From contig JAQGDQ010000053.1 of NCBI GenBank assembly GCA_030141605.1, positions 1 through 64,000 on the forward strand: 64,000 nucleotides of DNA. The letters are read 5' to 3'. The position numbers were made by a program, and so were the translations under genes. The notes below the pieces were generated by a model, which saw nothing but the letters and a program-made list of their open reading frames with translations, searched no databases and was not told the origin of the DNA. Of the stretch, positions 56,401 to 64,000 are shown one piece after another. How positions within the stretch are numbered: the stretch's first letter is position 1; each line of letters begins with the position of its first letter. Source of the DNA: Tubiluchus corallicola. Taxonomy: Eukaryota > Animalia > Priapulida.

Positions 56401-59400
56401 AGTCCTACCCAGTCCCATTACATTTGTTTACATATGACAGGTGGCTTACAATTGGTTGTACTGCATTAATAGCACCAGTACCTAACACCTGCATAATTGT
56501 TGATAAGTACATGCAACTGTCATATAAATGCAAATGTAGTGGTTATATTGATGCAAGATAAGCAGTACCTTTTATGTATTAATTGTGCACATTACATAAT
56601 ATATAATTACGCAACTACACTTGTTTGTTATGTAGCGCTTATATAAAATCAGAATCAGTAATTGATTGTGAGGTGTTATAACAACTTATATTCTAAATGT
56701 AATCTGGAGATTGATTGCATCTATAACTACATCTCCAAAATTTTTGGCAACATTCACACGTTCTGAATTTGTTCAAGAAGACGAAGAACAGCTTATCATC
56801 GACACCTGCAGGTTGGTAACAAATGTATCCCACATGATCTCGAACAACCACACATGTGATTGGGAGTGGACAAACAAACCATTAATGTATCTTATAGAAA
56901 ACATTGTTAAAGTAATATAACTTAACCAGCTCTATTATTAGACTCTTAACACCCTGAAATTTTGGCATTCTAGGCTACAACCCAGTTAATGGTTAATATG
57001 CCTGTGATGATTCTACTAATTACCATGTTATTACACACTACATAAATAAGCAACAAATCAGCTTCAATTAATCTAAAAGAGTTCTGAATACTACTAATTT
57101 GCTGTTTTCATCTTGACTTGTTGCAGCACCGGAGAGTGACAGAAAGATTAGCAAAAATGCCTCAAATCAGGCAGAACAACTCCAAACTCTTAAGTTGCAG
57201 AGAAAAAATACTCTTTTAATTAACAATAAACAATTTATGTTTCCCACTTTAAATCATCTGTTATATCAATGCTAAGAAACTTAATACTATCGACACTTTC
57301 AACTTCTACAATGTTAATAAACAAATGATATTATCATCGAGTTTTACAAAAGCCCTAGTTTCTAGCAAAGTCTTTTAAAAAACAACTGTAGGTAGTCTTA
57401 GCTTTGACATATTTAATCGACAACGCTGCAATGACATTAATTTCAAACTTAAAGGAACTTCTCTATTAGCTGATTTGCTCAGTTGGATTTGGGCCACATT
57501 AAAACAGAGGGCCAAACCAGTGGTCCCAAAAAAACTGGTAAAAGGCGACACACCATTCTGAATCACCCAAATGCTCCACTTAGTTTACATTCATAAATAA
57601 CTGGTTAGTAGATTTGTACCGGTCTCTACTCTGGTGCAGTTTAGCATGCATTCATTTAGATATGTTGAACCATCATTTCCGCAGACGTAATCCTCAACAT
57701 TTGGACATATGCATTGAAATGGAATGTCTTCATCACATAAACCATTATATGCCACAGTCAATGTGTCATTCCCTAGAAATCCAAAATAAATGAAAAAAAT
57801 TAAAGAAATGTTTTTTATGGAATGTGTTTAGTTTCTAGTTCTTGCTAAACACAGCTGCAGATAGCGTAACTGATTTCTATGTCTTTCAACATCCGTCCCT
57901 AGAGCTGAAAATAGATTATCAATCTACACCAATTAAATCGCATTAATGGCAGCCACAGATACTAAACAGTGCTAATGTTCTTTGTAAAGCACCATGCATA
58001 ATAATTAATTCAATATATAAATTTTTAATACCAGTTTCAAGTCGTGTACAGTTCAACGTGCACTCATTCAAGTAAGATTCCCCATCAGTACCACAAACAA
58101 AATCTTCAACATCAGGACATTCGCATACAAAAGGTTCGTCCTCCTTACATTCACCATCGTATAAATACGTCAGGTTTGCCCAGCCTATAAAGAAAATTTT
58201 GTACCAATTATTGGGGCAATGGATATACTTTCAATTACCCCTGTTATTAATCTTGTTGAGGGAGGAAGTATAAAACATCTATTCATGGCAAAAACAGCTC
58301 TGCAAAGGATAATCCTTGATAATGAGTTCCGACGACAAATATCTACATTAAGTAGTCCCTTACCCTGAGAATCTGATTCTAGCTAGTAAAATGCAACACT
58401 ACAAAGAAAATCTGAAAAAACATAATCATAGTTTTCCATAAAAACAATCAAATTACTACTAATCAAGCAGATTTTGATACATCATAAGCAGAACAATTCC
58501 ATGCACAATCATAAGACAGCACATTGCTTTACCTGTCTCTATTATAGTGCAGTTTAATAAGCATCTATTAATGTAAGTGAAGCCATCAGATGCACAAACT
58601 AGCTGTTCCACATCTGGACAAATGCATTCAAATGCGTTTCCATCACAGTCTCCCTCAAAATCAACTGTTAGATTGGTATTGCCTAAACAGTAAAATGTAA
58701 TATGTATAAAATTAAAGAAATTTAAAAGAAATTTATCAAAGGGGGAATATCATGAAAATCAAGTTAAACTTATTTTATAGTTACCTTCCCCGGGAACAAC
58801 TTGGCGAAATTTTTCTAACAGTACGTTGTAATGAGTAATTAACTTTTTTGTATCTCAAGGGAAACGCCATGGAGCCGCACTAACGTCTCTCCCGGCAAAA
58901 AAATTGAACTAGCGCAGCTCAGGCTGATGATGTAACAGAGTACACGCAGCCTGTTGTGATACTGTCGTACATGACTGGGCTAAAAATAAAGCTGTTATTA
59001 CTACATTACAGCATCTGGCCATGGTTCGGATAGGTAGTCAGCTGGTAGAAATGATTGTCGTTGCACTCGTTAACATGTTTTCATCAAAAGCAATATTTTA
59101 TTACCGTACGAAAATTCTTGTGGCATTAATTGAAAACATTGTCAGCAATACAAGCTGCAAAAGTGAGAGCCTTGGAAACGAAAGTTCTTTTCTTGTAAAA
59201 CAAGTCCAACAAAGTAACTTCATTCTGCTAGAGGAATTTATGAATTTGTAAATACAGAGAAACTCGCTGAAGCCTAATTATAATGCTAGTGTGACAATTT
59301 TTAGTGACAGCTTCATTTTATCAGCCTTGACAAAAAATATGTGAACCCCATGGACACATACAGTATAACGTATTAGCTGTAGACTTATTGATTAAACATA

Positions 59401-61785
59401 TATGAACATTTTTAACTTTGTCGTATTTCAGTTAGTTAAATCAGTAAGATTTTTAATACCAACCAGAACTTTAACCATTGTTCATTAGCTTTTGTTTTTA
59501 CATGATAACATCACGTTGTGTTTATTTTTACACAGCAGTATTATTAAAATATTAGGATTAGATAAAATTCTTGTGGTCAGTTGGACTGAAATAAAAATTA
59601 ATGATAATAATACATTTATTATTAATATAATTATTATCCACTTTTACAAAATAAAAAACTAACGATATAATGTGGTTCGATGACAAAATGATTATTAATA
59701 ATTAATAATAAATACATTTATTATTAATATAATTATTATCCACTTTTACAAAATAAAAAACTAACGATATAATGTGGTTCGATGACAAAATAATTATTTA
59801 TTGCATTACATAATGTAATTGCGATATTTTTATTGAAATGGATACAAATCTCGAGATGACTAAACTGCATACAATCGTTCTCCTCTTGGGTATTTTGCCA
59901 CGTTTCATCTGTAGTACGGCAATTTCACCACCAGATGCGCAGGCACAGATACATGCTCAATGGCGGCCTAGTCAAATGTTCGTTTTGTGTATAATTTTAT
60001 CCGGACTTTTGCCAAAGATTCTTAAACATGATATTTTCGTGAAGAATGAAATACGTATTTCTATTCACAATATAATTGCGAGTTTTTCAAGCTCAACTTA
60101 ATTTTGGTGATATTTCCCCTTTAAACAGAAATTAAATAGCGAAAAGTAGAGCCGACAGCAATATAGTCAAAAATCCAAATATTAAGTATTAAAGCAGTGC
60201 AGCACAAATTCTGAAAGAAGTAAACAAATAATGAAGCACAAAAAAACAAAAACAACAAAACGTACTTTAACGCCACTTCAATACTCCACTTAAGCATTAA
60301 AATTGTGCTCTAGACTAAGCTTATTACCAATATAACATTTTAAAATTAAATTATCACATAGATAACTTATATAAAGATACCTGTTTCAATAGCTGAACAG
60401 TTCAGCATGCAGTCGTTCAGATAAGTATTTCCATCAGTTCCACATACAAGGTCCTCATAATCAGGACATGGACACTCATACGGATATACACCTTCGCAAT
60501 CACCAACATATGCTACTGTTAAATTGGTAGCACCTGCAATTAAAGCAGCACATAAAAATAATGACCAAAAATGATAATACACCATGTGCAATGTGCTAAA
60601 TTTGCAAATTGATTGATAAAAGGAAAAATATTCTTACAGAAGTGTGAAAAAAATGCGAAGTAAGTTATGGTCAAATATTTTATTATGTGCTGTAAGTTAG
60701 GAATACATCAACTGGCTCTGGTCATCCATCTAACTGTAGTTGAAAAAGCAAACACTGGACATATATTGAAGTCATTCAACTCAAAAGGATCAGTTGTGTT
60801 AAATGTACACTTGATTCGATTGTGCCAAAAGTACACTATGCCAAAGCAAAGATTTTTAAAACAAAGCACGTTAGCTTTTTAGTCATTCAATTGAAAACAT
60901 TGTTGCACTATGAAGCCAACTACAACAGTGCTAAAAAATCGCTCAATATTTTGTCAATAACCGAGTTAACCTTGGTCAGTTACAGTTTCGTGCATTGGTA
61001 ATGTGATGTGTGTCAGAAATGCTTTTTACAAGATTAAATTCTTAATTTTATAACTAATTACTCAGATTAATATCAAGATTTTCGACTTTCAAGACTTATT
61101 AGTCTCAGCTTTAAATTCTACCTAAAAAGCAAATTCCAAAATTCATCCAAATTACTAAATTTATAATATGTCTATTGTTTTCACAGCTAATAATTATAAT
61201 GGTAAGTTGGTACTCACCTGTTTCTACAATTGTGCATTTAAGATTACATTCATTCAAATAAGTATTCCCATCAGAACCACACACAAAATCTTCGGTATCA
61301 TCGCATACACACTCATCTGGACGATCTATAAAGCAAGTATGTTTACTTTGAGTTTACAGCTTCATTAGACTATTAACATTACTTATTCTAAAACACACCA
61401 AAATTGTTACACAAGACAGTATTACTATATGATGTATCATAACCACTGTCACACATTCAAGCATTTACATTTTATTCATCCCCACAGTAACCCAAACATT
61501 AATACCCTAATATCTTAAATGCTGTTCATAAATGTACCATTCATAATTTAAATAACTTATTCACTTGATAGATAAAAAACTAAACTTTGCTACAATGAAG
61601 TCATTGTCTGGATTATTGCAGGCAGACATTACCATTGCAACTGCCTTCATGATCGACTGCAAGACCTGGAGTAAGTGTCTCTATCCGTGCACATTCCAAA
61701 TAGCATTCGTTCGGATAAGTCTGACCATCCGTACCACACACATATGATATCTCTTCATTGTCACAAATGCACACAAATGAAGTAG
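23291..61785 (-). CDS. Giant multi-Kazal-domain (serine protease inhibitor-like) protein; 31 exons in window, 31 Kazal domains, 5'-partial
   Basis: Repeated C-x-C-x7-C-G-T-D-G-x-T-Y-x-N-x-C-x3-C...(exon break)...L-x-V-A-Y-x-G-x-C motifs, each flanked by AG/GT sites in phase 1. Summed exon length 5291 nt stays in frame to TAA at 23291-23293. No start/signal-peptide exon was found in the window. Confidence 0.88.
23604..23676 (-). CDS. Kazal gene penultimate exon, Lys/Arg-rich
   Basis: ERKKCKKKGKKGKKRRKGGYRSGS; ttacag| ... G|gtatg; phase 0 in, phase 1 out, matching both neighbours. Confidence 0.72.
24540..26050 (+). mobile_element. Decayed non-LTR retrotransposon (LINE) reverse-transcriptase fragment in a Kazal gene intron
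   Basis: Frameshifted RT motifs in order: LDGPLTVQEVCEVITKLNSNKSSSCNGIPAEL, TTLVPIHKK, DYRGIGVLNVLPKVYDSVLNKYL...EQA, LFVLFTDF, LLLMDE (YxDD-like), IINQFKTKFIVING, YVYLGSPIT. Ends approximate. Confidence 0.8.
26300..27720 (+). repeat. Two diverged copies of a dispersed repeat (about 26300-26575 and 27440-27720)
   Basis: Shared ATGGGCTATCTAACCATTA...TTCCC.TT.TCTAGAAATA.GAGGT...CGAAAAATAAACCC...ACCTTTC.TTTGA. Confidence 0.7.
26586..26935 (+). repeat. Dispersed repeat with CACCA/CACAC low-complexity core (copy 1)
   Basis: Shares start (ACTAxCCAxGGC..AAAAATTTxTGCA), core and end (CAAACTCACCACA..GCAT..GACACCAACAGCACTACA) with 40744-41181. Confidence 0.75.
27716..27905 (+). repeat. Tandem duplication of about 87 bp separated by (TA)n
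   Basis: TATATCACTGAAATTAATTATTATCAG...TACCAAAGACTGAT occurs twice, identical by eye. Confidence 0.9.
28122..28258 (-). CDS. Kazal gene exon: end of domain 31 plus Tyr-rich segment
   Basis: NLIIRYNGRCLSKTEFYECAKYQKKYGYVRSGCPDLTDYLYLIHID; ctacag| ... |gtacgt (phase 1 in, phase 0 out). Confidence 0.78.
28476..28622 (-). CDS. Kazal gene exon (domain 31)
   Basis: DNPSLRVDYEGRCGERQTCTSRCPRDYNPVCSSSGQTYDNICLFNCAQQ; donor gtatgg. Confidence 0.86.
28736..28879 (-). CDS. Kazal gene exon (domain 30)
   Basis: GNYGLTVDYEGPCSQRPAICPCTRDYKPVCGTDSQTYNNICLLECAAK. Confidence 0.86.
29620..29766 (-). CDS. Kazal gene exon (domain 29)
   Basis: DLYIAYKGRCSTSTTVRPCNCPDYVVEVCGTDGITYKNPCLLECKKQQTG. Confidence 0.88.
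30296..30460 (-). CDS. Kazal gene exon (domain 28)
   Basis: GNEGLYIAYRGVCGVTTTPRPCRASCSRRAQRVCGSNGKTYINECRFNCAAQENPG. Confidence 0.86.
31082..31135 (+). pseudogene. 5S rRNA-derived fragment (pseudogene or 5S-SINE head)
   Basis: GGCATACCA...ACCGAAGTTAAGCAAC..CAGGCTGGTCAGTG resembles metazoan 5S (GGCCATACCA...ACCGAAGTTAAGCA..CGGGCCTGGTTAGT) with an internal deletion. Confidence 0.55.
31227..31382 (-). CDS. Kazal gene exon (domain 27), first after the 14.4-kb intron
   Basis: DDLTLRAAYAGVCRTGTTEVPCFCPRYLEQVCGTNGETYENPCVLECDKRKPG; tttcag| ... |gtataa. Confidence 0.86.
33560..33666 (+). promoter_or_regulatory. Putative promoter/non-coding first exon of the zinc-finger gene with an E-box palindrome
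   Basis: CpG-richer stretch; perfect palindrome ATCACGTGAT at 33581-33590; donor-like GAG|gtgaat at 33666; acceptor-like tttttcag at 34568. Confidence 0.4.
34721..36310 (+). CDS. C2H2 zinc-finger protein (529 aa, single coding exon), nested in the Kazal gene intron
   Basis: Five tandem C-terminal C2H2 fingers with TGEKPY and GGQKPF linkers; 2-3 degenerate N-terminal fingers; IKRE/IKEE SUMO-type motifs; acidic tail. Confidence 0.92.
   Translation: MTTIQGSTSIIPGQQPQQQFIILPAGIPNKAAKQSSNPNSNIANKNNLVPAQSICYKCQMGFLDVEDLMSHLNTHSISENHTYTCGLCLADVVTLQAIVEHTKAVLCNVCNVVIPCIRHARSHRNSHAKIPIKRNVTMPQMLNNANVVPRSLKMVTTNIGNVQLKPVDPVTPVRFIISKPAGAVKPTEPATKQNNRTTAEPPVTKALNASTALDGLKIKREPIEEKQEEKTGAVNKEEIPTQSKIMENATVPDIKIKEEPPDPDFMPKSPASPHLSEESLNVLKPHKCDLCGERYQHLNHLSNHIKTHGNEFPYKCGLCGTGFVHEHKYARHLERFHAGESPADRPYKCKTCGAGFKQRNHLNQHNRTHTGEKPYKCKKCGTAFALLGNLNYHMRIHGGQKPFKCDVCKACFRSSTHLKHHFGSVHRDLALLDKVRNDATEKAHDASLTSAPQTTLFLVPISSPATEPVVTTESTSDDGEITNMVFTNPLEGNPVDGIEDMEAEEDSSEEFKEKQEDDQVLKEILMEGP
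38796..39299 (+). CDS. CCDC12: Coiled-coil domain-containing protein 12 (Cwf18-family spliceosomal protein), intronless CDS, nested
   Basis: VGKLEENALKRKERLK, FRNYEP, EEVDLINLAPRKPDWDLKRDVAKKLEKLERRTQRAIAEIIRERL are diagnostic of CCDC12/Cwf18; good aacATGG start context. Confidence 0.95.
   Translation: MESSGVGKLEENALKRKERLKERFMKRSKDMNSDPEANSDQNTDANKNTALPAPVFRNYEPIDESLKGSHLERAKAADVTDKVSEQLEAGKPAPVLEEVDLINLAPRKPDWDLKRDVAKKLEKLERRTQRAIAEIIRERLQAERERGDLAFAVDAGVQAEQNEYDSD
40744..41181 (+). repeat. Dispersed repeat with CACCA/CACAC low-complexity core (copy 2)
   Basis: Homologous to 26586-26935; explains the His/Thr/Pro and Val/Trp/Cys ORFs here. Confidence 0.75.
42922..43386. mobile_element. MITE-like element with imperfect terminal inverted repeats
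   Basis: Left TGGTGACTATTCGAAAA..AAGTCCAACAATTGACA vs right (reverse complement) TGGGGACAATCGAAAAAGTCCAACAGTTGTCA. Confidence 0.55.
43581..43750. repeat. Small inverted-repeat element
   Basis: Perfect 17-bp inverted pair TTTCTCTCAAGAGTTCT (43581-43597) and AGAACTCTTGAGAGAAA (43734-43750). Confidence 0.7.
45740..45913 (-). CDS. Kazal gene exon (domain 26), last before the 14.4-kb intron
   Basis: GRHGLKIAHRGPCIRTTLKPKITTTKPCKCPRHVRKVCGTDGNTYLNRCLLQCAARETG; donor gtaagt. Confidence 0.9.
46037..46192 (-). CDS. Kazal gene exon (domain 25)
   Basis: GNKNLYVAYQGECRKVTTPRPCVCNRRLQRVCGTDGQTYQNPCLLKCEAIESG. Confidence 0.88.
46568..46720 (-). CDS. Kazal gene exon (domain 24)
   Basis: DPSLQVAYEGRCGVSTTPEPCTCPRYIRNVCGTDGKTYPNKCFLDCARRESG. 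Confidence 0.9.
46909..47061 (-). CDS. Kazal gene exon (domain 23)
   Basis: ENFGLGVAYKGPCLPPTPKPCTCPRHVSKVCGTDGKTYLNECWLDCAREETG. Confidence 0.88.
47514..47669 (-). CDS. Kazal gene exon (domain 22)
   Basis: GNFKLQVAYHGACDVVTTKKPCTCPRHINRVCGTDGQTYMNECLLYCAAEEPG. Confidence 0.88.
47996..48142 (-). CDS. Kazal gene exon (domain 21)
   Basis: GPPDLQVAYNGPCIVTPVCTCPRHVDRVCGTDGQTYMNECLLDCAREETG. Confidence 0.88.
48491..48643 (-). CDS. Kazal gene exon (domain 20)
   Basis: GDTSLQVAYEGSCGPPTPKPCICPRHIRKVCGTDGQTYLNECKLGCAREETG. Confidence 0.9.
48769..48924 (-). CDS. Kazal gene exon (domain 19), GC donor
   Basis: GNEGLAVAFEGSCDEGPPPEPCICPRNIQQICGTDGKTYLNKCKLKCAREETG; ends CAG|gcatgt. Confidence 0.8.
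49216..49371 (-). CDS. Kazal gene exon (domain 18)
   Basis: GDATLTVAYQGECGLVTTSKPCTCPRYVRKVCGSDGQTYINECALECEAQKPG. Confidence 0.9.
49592..49747 (-). CDS. Kazal gene exon (domain 17)
   Basis: GDTSLQVAHYGECVRATTPPPCLCPRFIRRVCGTDGNTYLNDCMLECAAREAG. Confidence 0.9.
50059..50358 (-). CDS. Kazal gene double exon (domains 15-16)
   Basis: GNDDLEIAYKGECGVTPAPCTCTRIVDYVC...PPPCVCQRVVDYVCGTDDETYLNECLLNCAREETG. Confidence 0.9.
51179..51490 (-). CDS. Kazal gene double exon (domains 13-14)
   Basis: GDSSLAVAYIGECAAVTSAPPCICRGIIDYVC...PPPCKCYRVVEYVCGTDGETYLNPCSLKCAREETG. Confidence 0.9.
52005..52310 (-). CDS. Kazal gene double exon (domains 11-12)
   Basis: GNTELDIAYKGECFSTTTPAPCTCPRIVDYVCGTDGLTYQNECYLDCAARENNEPTLQVAKDGVCDPVPPPCVCSRHVAYVCGTDGETYQNECMLNCAREETG. 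Confidence 0.9.
53160..53309 (-). CDS. Kazal gene exon (domain 10)
   Basis: GDDSLEVAHFGVCDPVPPPCVCQRIVNYVCGTDGKTYLNKCMLNCAREETG; donor gtaagt. Confidence 0.9.
53650..53799 (-). CDS. Kazal gene exon (domain 9)
   Basis: GDTNLTVDFYAPCGQEPLKCTCPEVIEYVCGTDGNTYQSECYLGCASDQTG; donor gtaaga. Confidence 0.88.
54049..54892. mobile_element. Non-autonomous Tc1/pogo-type element (MITE)
   Basis: TIRs CAGTAGGTGCCATTTATTAGACTCAC and (reverse complement) CAGTAGGCACTGCTTAATAGACTCAC, flanked by TA on both sides. Confidence 0.8.
55009..55404 (-). CDS. Kazal gene exon (E/T-rich repeat linker + domain 8)
   Basis: GILNLTVDYSGQCTEPGQTTEETEQ...(FAETTSAETTQ)n...ALPCVCPRIVDYVCGVDGETYLNECFLECHARETG; 396 nt, phase 1-1. 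Confidence 0.88.
55803..55958 (-). CDS. Kazal gene exon (domain 7)
   Basis: GNTNLTLAYYGDCSPPTTIQPCNCTEEVDFVCGTDGYTYQNPCLLDCARRLSG; donor gtgagt. Confidence 0.88.
57620..57772 (-). CDS. Kazal gene exon (domain 6)
   Basis: GNDTLTVAYNGLCDEDIPFQCICPNVEDYVCGNDGSTYLNECMLNCTRVETG; phase 1-1. Confidence 0.88.
58032..58184 (-). CDS. Kazal gene exon (domain 5)
   Basis: GWANLTYLYDGECKEDEPFVCECPDVEDFVCGTDGESYLNECTLNCTRLETG; phase 1-1. Confidence 0.88.
58533..58682 (-). CDS. Kazal gene exon (domain 4)
   Basis: GNTNLTVDFEGDCDGNAFECICPDVEQLVCASDGFTYINRCLLNCTIIETG; phase 1-1. Confidence 0.88.
58740..60120. mobile_element. Non-autonomous DNA transposon with TTAA-type target (Kolobok-like)
   Basis: Left tcaa|AGGGGGAATATCATGAAAATCAAGTT vs right (reverse complement) ttaa|AGGGGAAATATCACCAAAATTAAGTT. 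Confidence 0.6.
59609..59791 (+). repeat. Tandem duplication (about 80-bp unit, about 102-bp period)
   Basis: AATACATTTATTATTAATATAATTATTATCCAC...GGTTCGATGACAAAAT occurs twice. Confidence 0.9.
60381..60533 (-). CDS. Kazal gene exon (domain 3)
   Basis: GATNLTVAYVGDCEGVYPYECPCPDYEDLVCGTDGNTYLNDCMLNCSAIETG; phase 1-1. Confidence 0.88.
61218..61325 (-). CDS. Kazal gene exon (domain 2)
   Basis: DRPDECVCDDTEDFVCGSDGNTYLNECNLKCTIVETG; atag| ... |gtgagt. Confidence 0.85.
61633..61785 (-). CDS. Kazal gene exon (domain 1, complete within exon)
   Basis: TSFVCICDNEEISYVCGTDGQTYPNECYLECARIETLTPGLAVDHEGSCN; attag| ... G|gtaatg. Confidence 0.85.
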
Positions 61786-62246
61786 CTAATAGAAAAATCA
61801 CAATAATTTCTTAGTTGCAAATAACACAAACTAACAAATTATACAATGAGCATCATTTAGCTATTTTTAAAGAATTGCTAGTCAAAAATGGAAATTAAAT
61901 TTTGTCAAATTTTTAAATCAGGCAAGAAAACAAAAACAATTCGAAAACACAGCCCCATGACAACATGAATAAATGAAAGTTCCAAAAATAAACTAGGCCC
62001 AATTTTGATAACACTCATAAATTTCAATTCGGAGAGAGTCTCAGCATTGCTATTAGAAAGTAGTTATTCTTATTTGTATAGTTTTGAAACAAAACCACAG
62101 ACATCCAATGAATAATGAAATTTCAAAATTCAGTTTCTTGGGTGCCATTTCAATTGTCACATCTGACAAAATGACTTGCGTTTGATTACAGAAACCTTTA
62201 AAAATAAGTAAGTGTTTCAAATTTAAAGCAACCAGTATTTTTGGAA

Positions 62247-62365
62247 CATCTACTTTTTCTCATCTAGTTCTGTTTACATCTACTTTTGCATCATCTACAT
62301 GTATTACAATCTACTTTTTTCAGCATCTACAAAAATCTACATCTACTTTGTGTAGCATCTATGTT
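62247..62365 (+). repeat. Degenerate CATCTACTTT minisatellite
   Basis: Seen directly. Confidence 0.7.
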
Positions 62366-63356
62366 GAAAAATGAAATTAAAATCTTCCTTGTAAGTCACG
62401 CTTGCCAATATTAAGGTCATGTTAGTCATATAAACAAAAGTAGGCTGCTCATTGCTATGGTTTAAGTGGCCGTTTCTTGCTATGATTAATTACAATTGTT
62501 TGTTAAATATACTTGTTGTTGTTCTTAAAGATAGCTACATTGGGTTTTTTATTTTTGTAAAAAGAATATCAAATAATAGTTAGCAAATTAACATTTGTCA
62601 TAATTATCTTTTTAGGAAAAATATTTTAATTGTTTTAACACTACTAATGCCTATTTAGGCCTAATACTCTTTTACTTATTGAGTAATTGACGTCTAACAT
62701 AATGTCAATCATTTTCATTGACTGCTCAATCAGCGTACAAGTTATTTCTCATACCCCTGCGCTGGTATGCTCGGGATATTTAGCTACAGCTGCGTCTAAT
62801 GCTGTTATGAAAAATGCTCAACTTTTCATAATTAGTGGGAGAAATATTGGCCTTGTTCTAGATTTTATTATTGTCAATTGAAATTGCAAGTGAATTAGTG
62901 GAAAAATACAAGCTAGTTTTGTTTATAGGAAGAAATACACAATGCTTACGTCTATGAGTTGCTGATTAAACTATTTTGCAATCAAGAAAATACACAGTTT
63001 AGTTTAGTTTATAGCTTTGCAAGTTAGATAAAAACTACTATTTGATTAACTTGAAATAAGGACAAAACAAAATGTTTTCTTTTCTGGCCAGTTTTTATAA
63101 ACCTCAATGAGATCTTCACAGTCAAAATTAATTCAAATGTAGTCAAAACTTATATTATACATCAATGTAATATTAGTTAATTTTAAGCTATAGGTTATAA
63201 TCATGGTTAAAAGATGCCATTGGGACTTATGTAACTCGGGCATTCAATATAAAGGTCGTCTATGGAATGGAACAATCAAATTTATTCCATTTCTGTAGCC
63301 TGACAAACGGAAAAATACAAAAACTGAATAAATCTTGCAGACGAGCACATGATGAG

Positions 63357-63357
<1 letters not shown>

Positions 63358-63404
<47 letters not shown>
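63358..63404 (+). repeat. (TA)n microsatellite
   Basis: Seen directly. Confidence 0.95.
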
Positions 63405-63408
<4 letters not shown>

Positions 63409-64000
63409 AGAAAAATACATCGCAGGCATGATGTCCGCATGTTCAAATGCAAGAAAGACTCAATATTTTTGTTGCTCATTTATTGTAAAGCAAGGCTAAC
63501 TGCCTTAGTTCTTTATTATACTTATGTCTCTGAATTTCGTAGCAATTTGAAACTTCGTCTCTACATTCTGTTTAAATTGAAAAGTCATTTTTTGGCTACT
63601 TAAAGTGTTAATTCCGTGTAAAAATAGCTGTTGCTCTGCAAATTCGTGTTTATGAAAAAGTGCAATCAGTTTAATTGCTGATTAGACATTAGTTGTGACT
63701 GTCAAGATGTTTAGTTTAGTTTAGTTTAGTTTAGCTTAGACAGTTGTTGTCCTGCATGGGCTGTTGTCCCGAATGCTGCTGAGCATGCTTGCGTTACGGT
63801 GGGGGCGGAGCGACAGACTAATATGTTTGATGTCAATTGGCTTAACAAATGCCTAGCAAGCAGAATCATAAAGGCTGGATGTCAGTACATGGTTTGGTGA
63901 TTTTTCCTTTAAAATTATTGCATTAGCATTTATTAAAGAAAAGCTTGTTTTTAGAGTCTTATTTTTTAACTATTACATCCTGCTTGTGAACTTTTTGCAA

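Noticed and set aside
28122-61785. Calling the Kazal gene agrin, follistatin or SPINK5
   Set aside because: No NtA, EGF, laminin, SEA or follistatin-N domains seen; domain number and C-x-C spacing differ; no gene symbol is justified.
62687-62881. Candidate upstream or signal-peptide exon of the Kazal gene
   Set aside because: No - strand frame gives both an open reading and a phase-1 donor; no hydrophobic signal peptide.

Overview
AT-rich, intron-containing animal (invertebrate-like) genomic DNA, not a prokaryotic locus. From left to right: (1) the first coding exon of AMMECR1 (- strand, 10888-11150), whose downstream exons I could not find in the window; (2) VPS36 (+), modelled as an 8-nt first coding exon (19177-19184) plus one large exon (21399-22536); (3) a very large - strand gene, reconstructed by hand as 31 exons from 61785 down to a stop at 23291 (5' end not found). 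It encodes about 1,760 aa in the window: 31 tandem Kazal-type domains, an E/T-rich linker and a Tyr/Lys-rich then KSG-repeat basic tail. The Kazal exons are symmetric phase-1 cassettes offset from the domain boundaries. The domains run from acidic and N-glycosylated (P1 Asp/Asn/Glu) to basic (P1 Arg), and one intron needs a GC donor; (4) two intronless-CDS genes on the opposite strand, a C2H2 zinc-finger protein (34721-36310) and CCDC12/Cwf18 (38796-39299), nested in a 14.4-kb intron of the Kazal gene. The rest is decayed non-LTR retrotransposon RT, MITE-like elements, a 5S-derived fragment, micro/minisatellites and an unidentified decayed ORF region. Most short ORFs in the track are spurious. 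All exon boundaries were read by eye and need RNA-seq confirmation.
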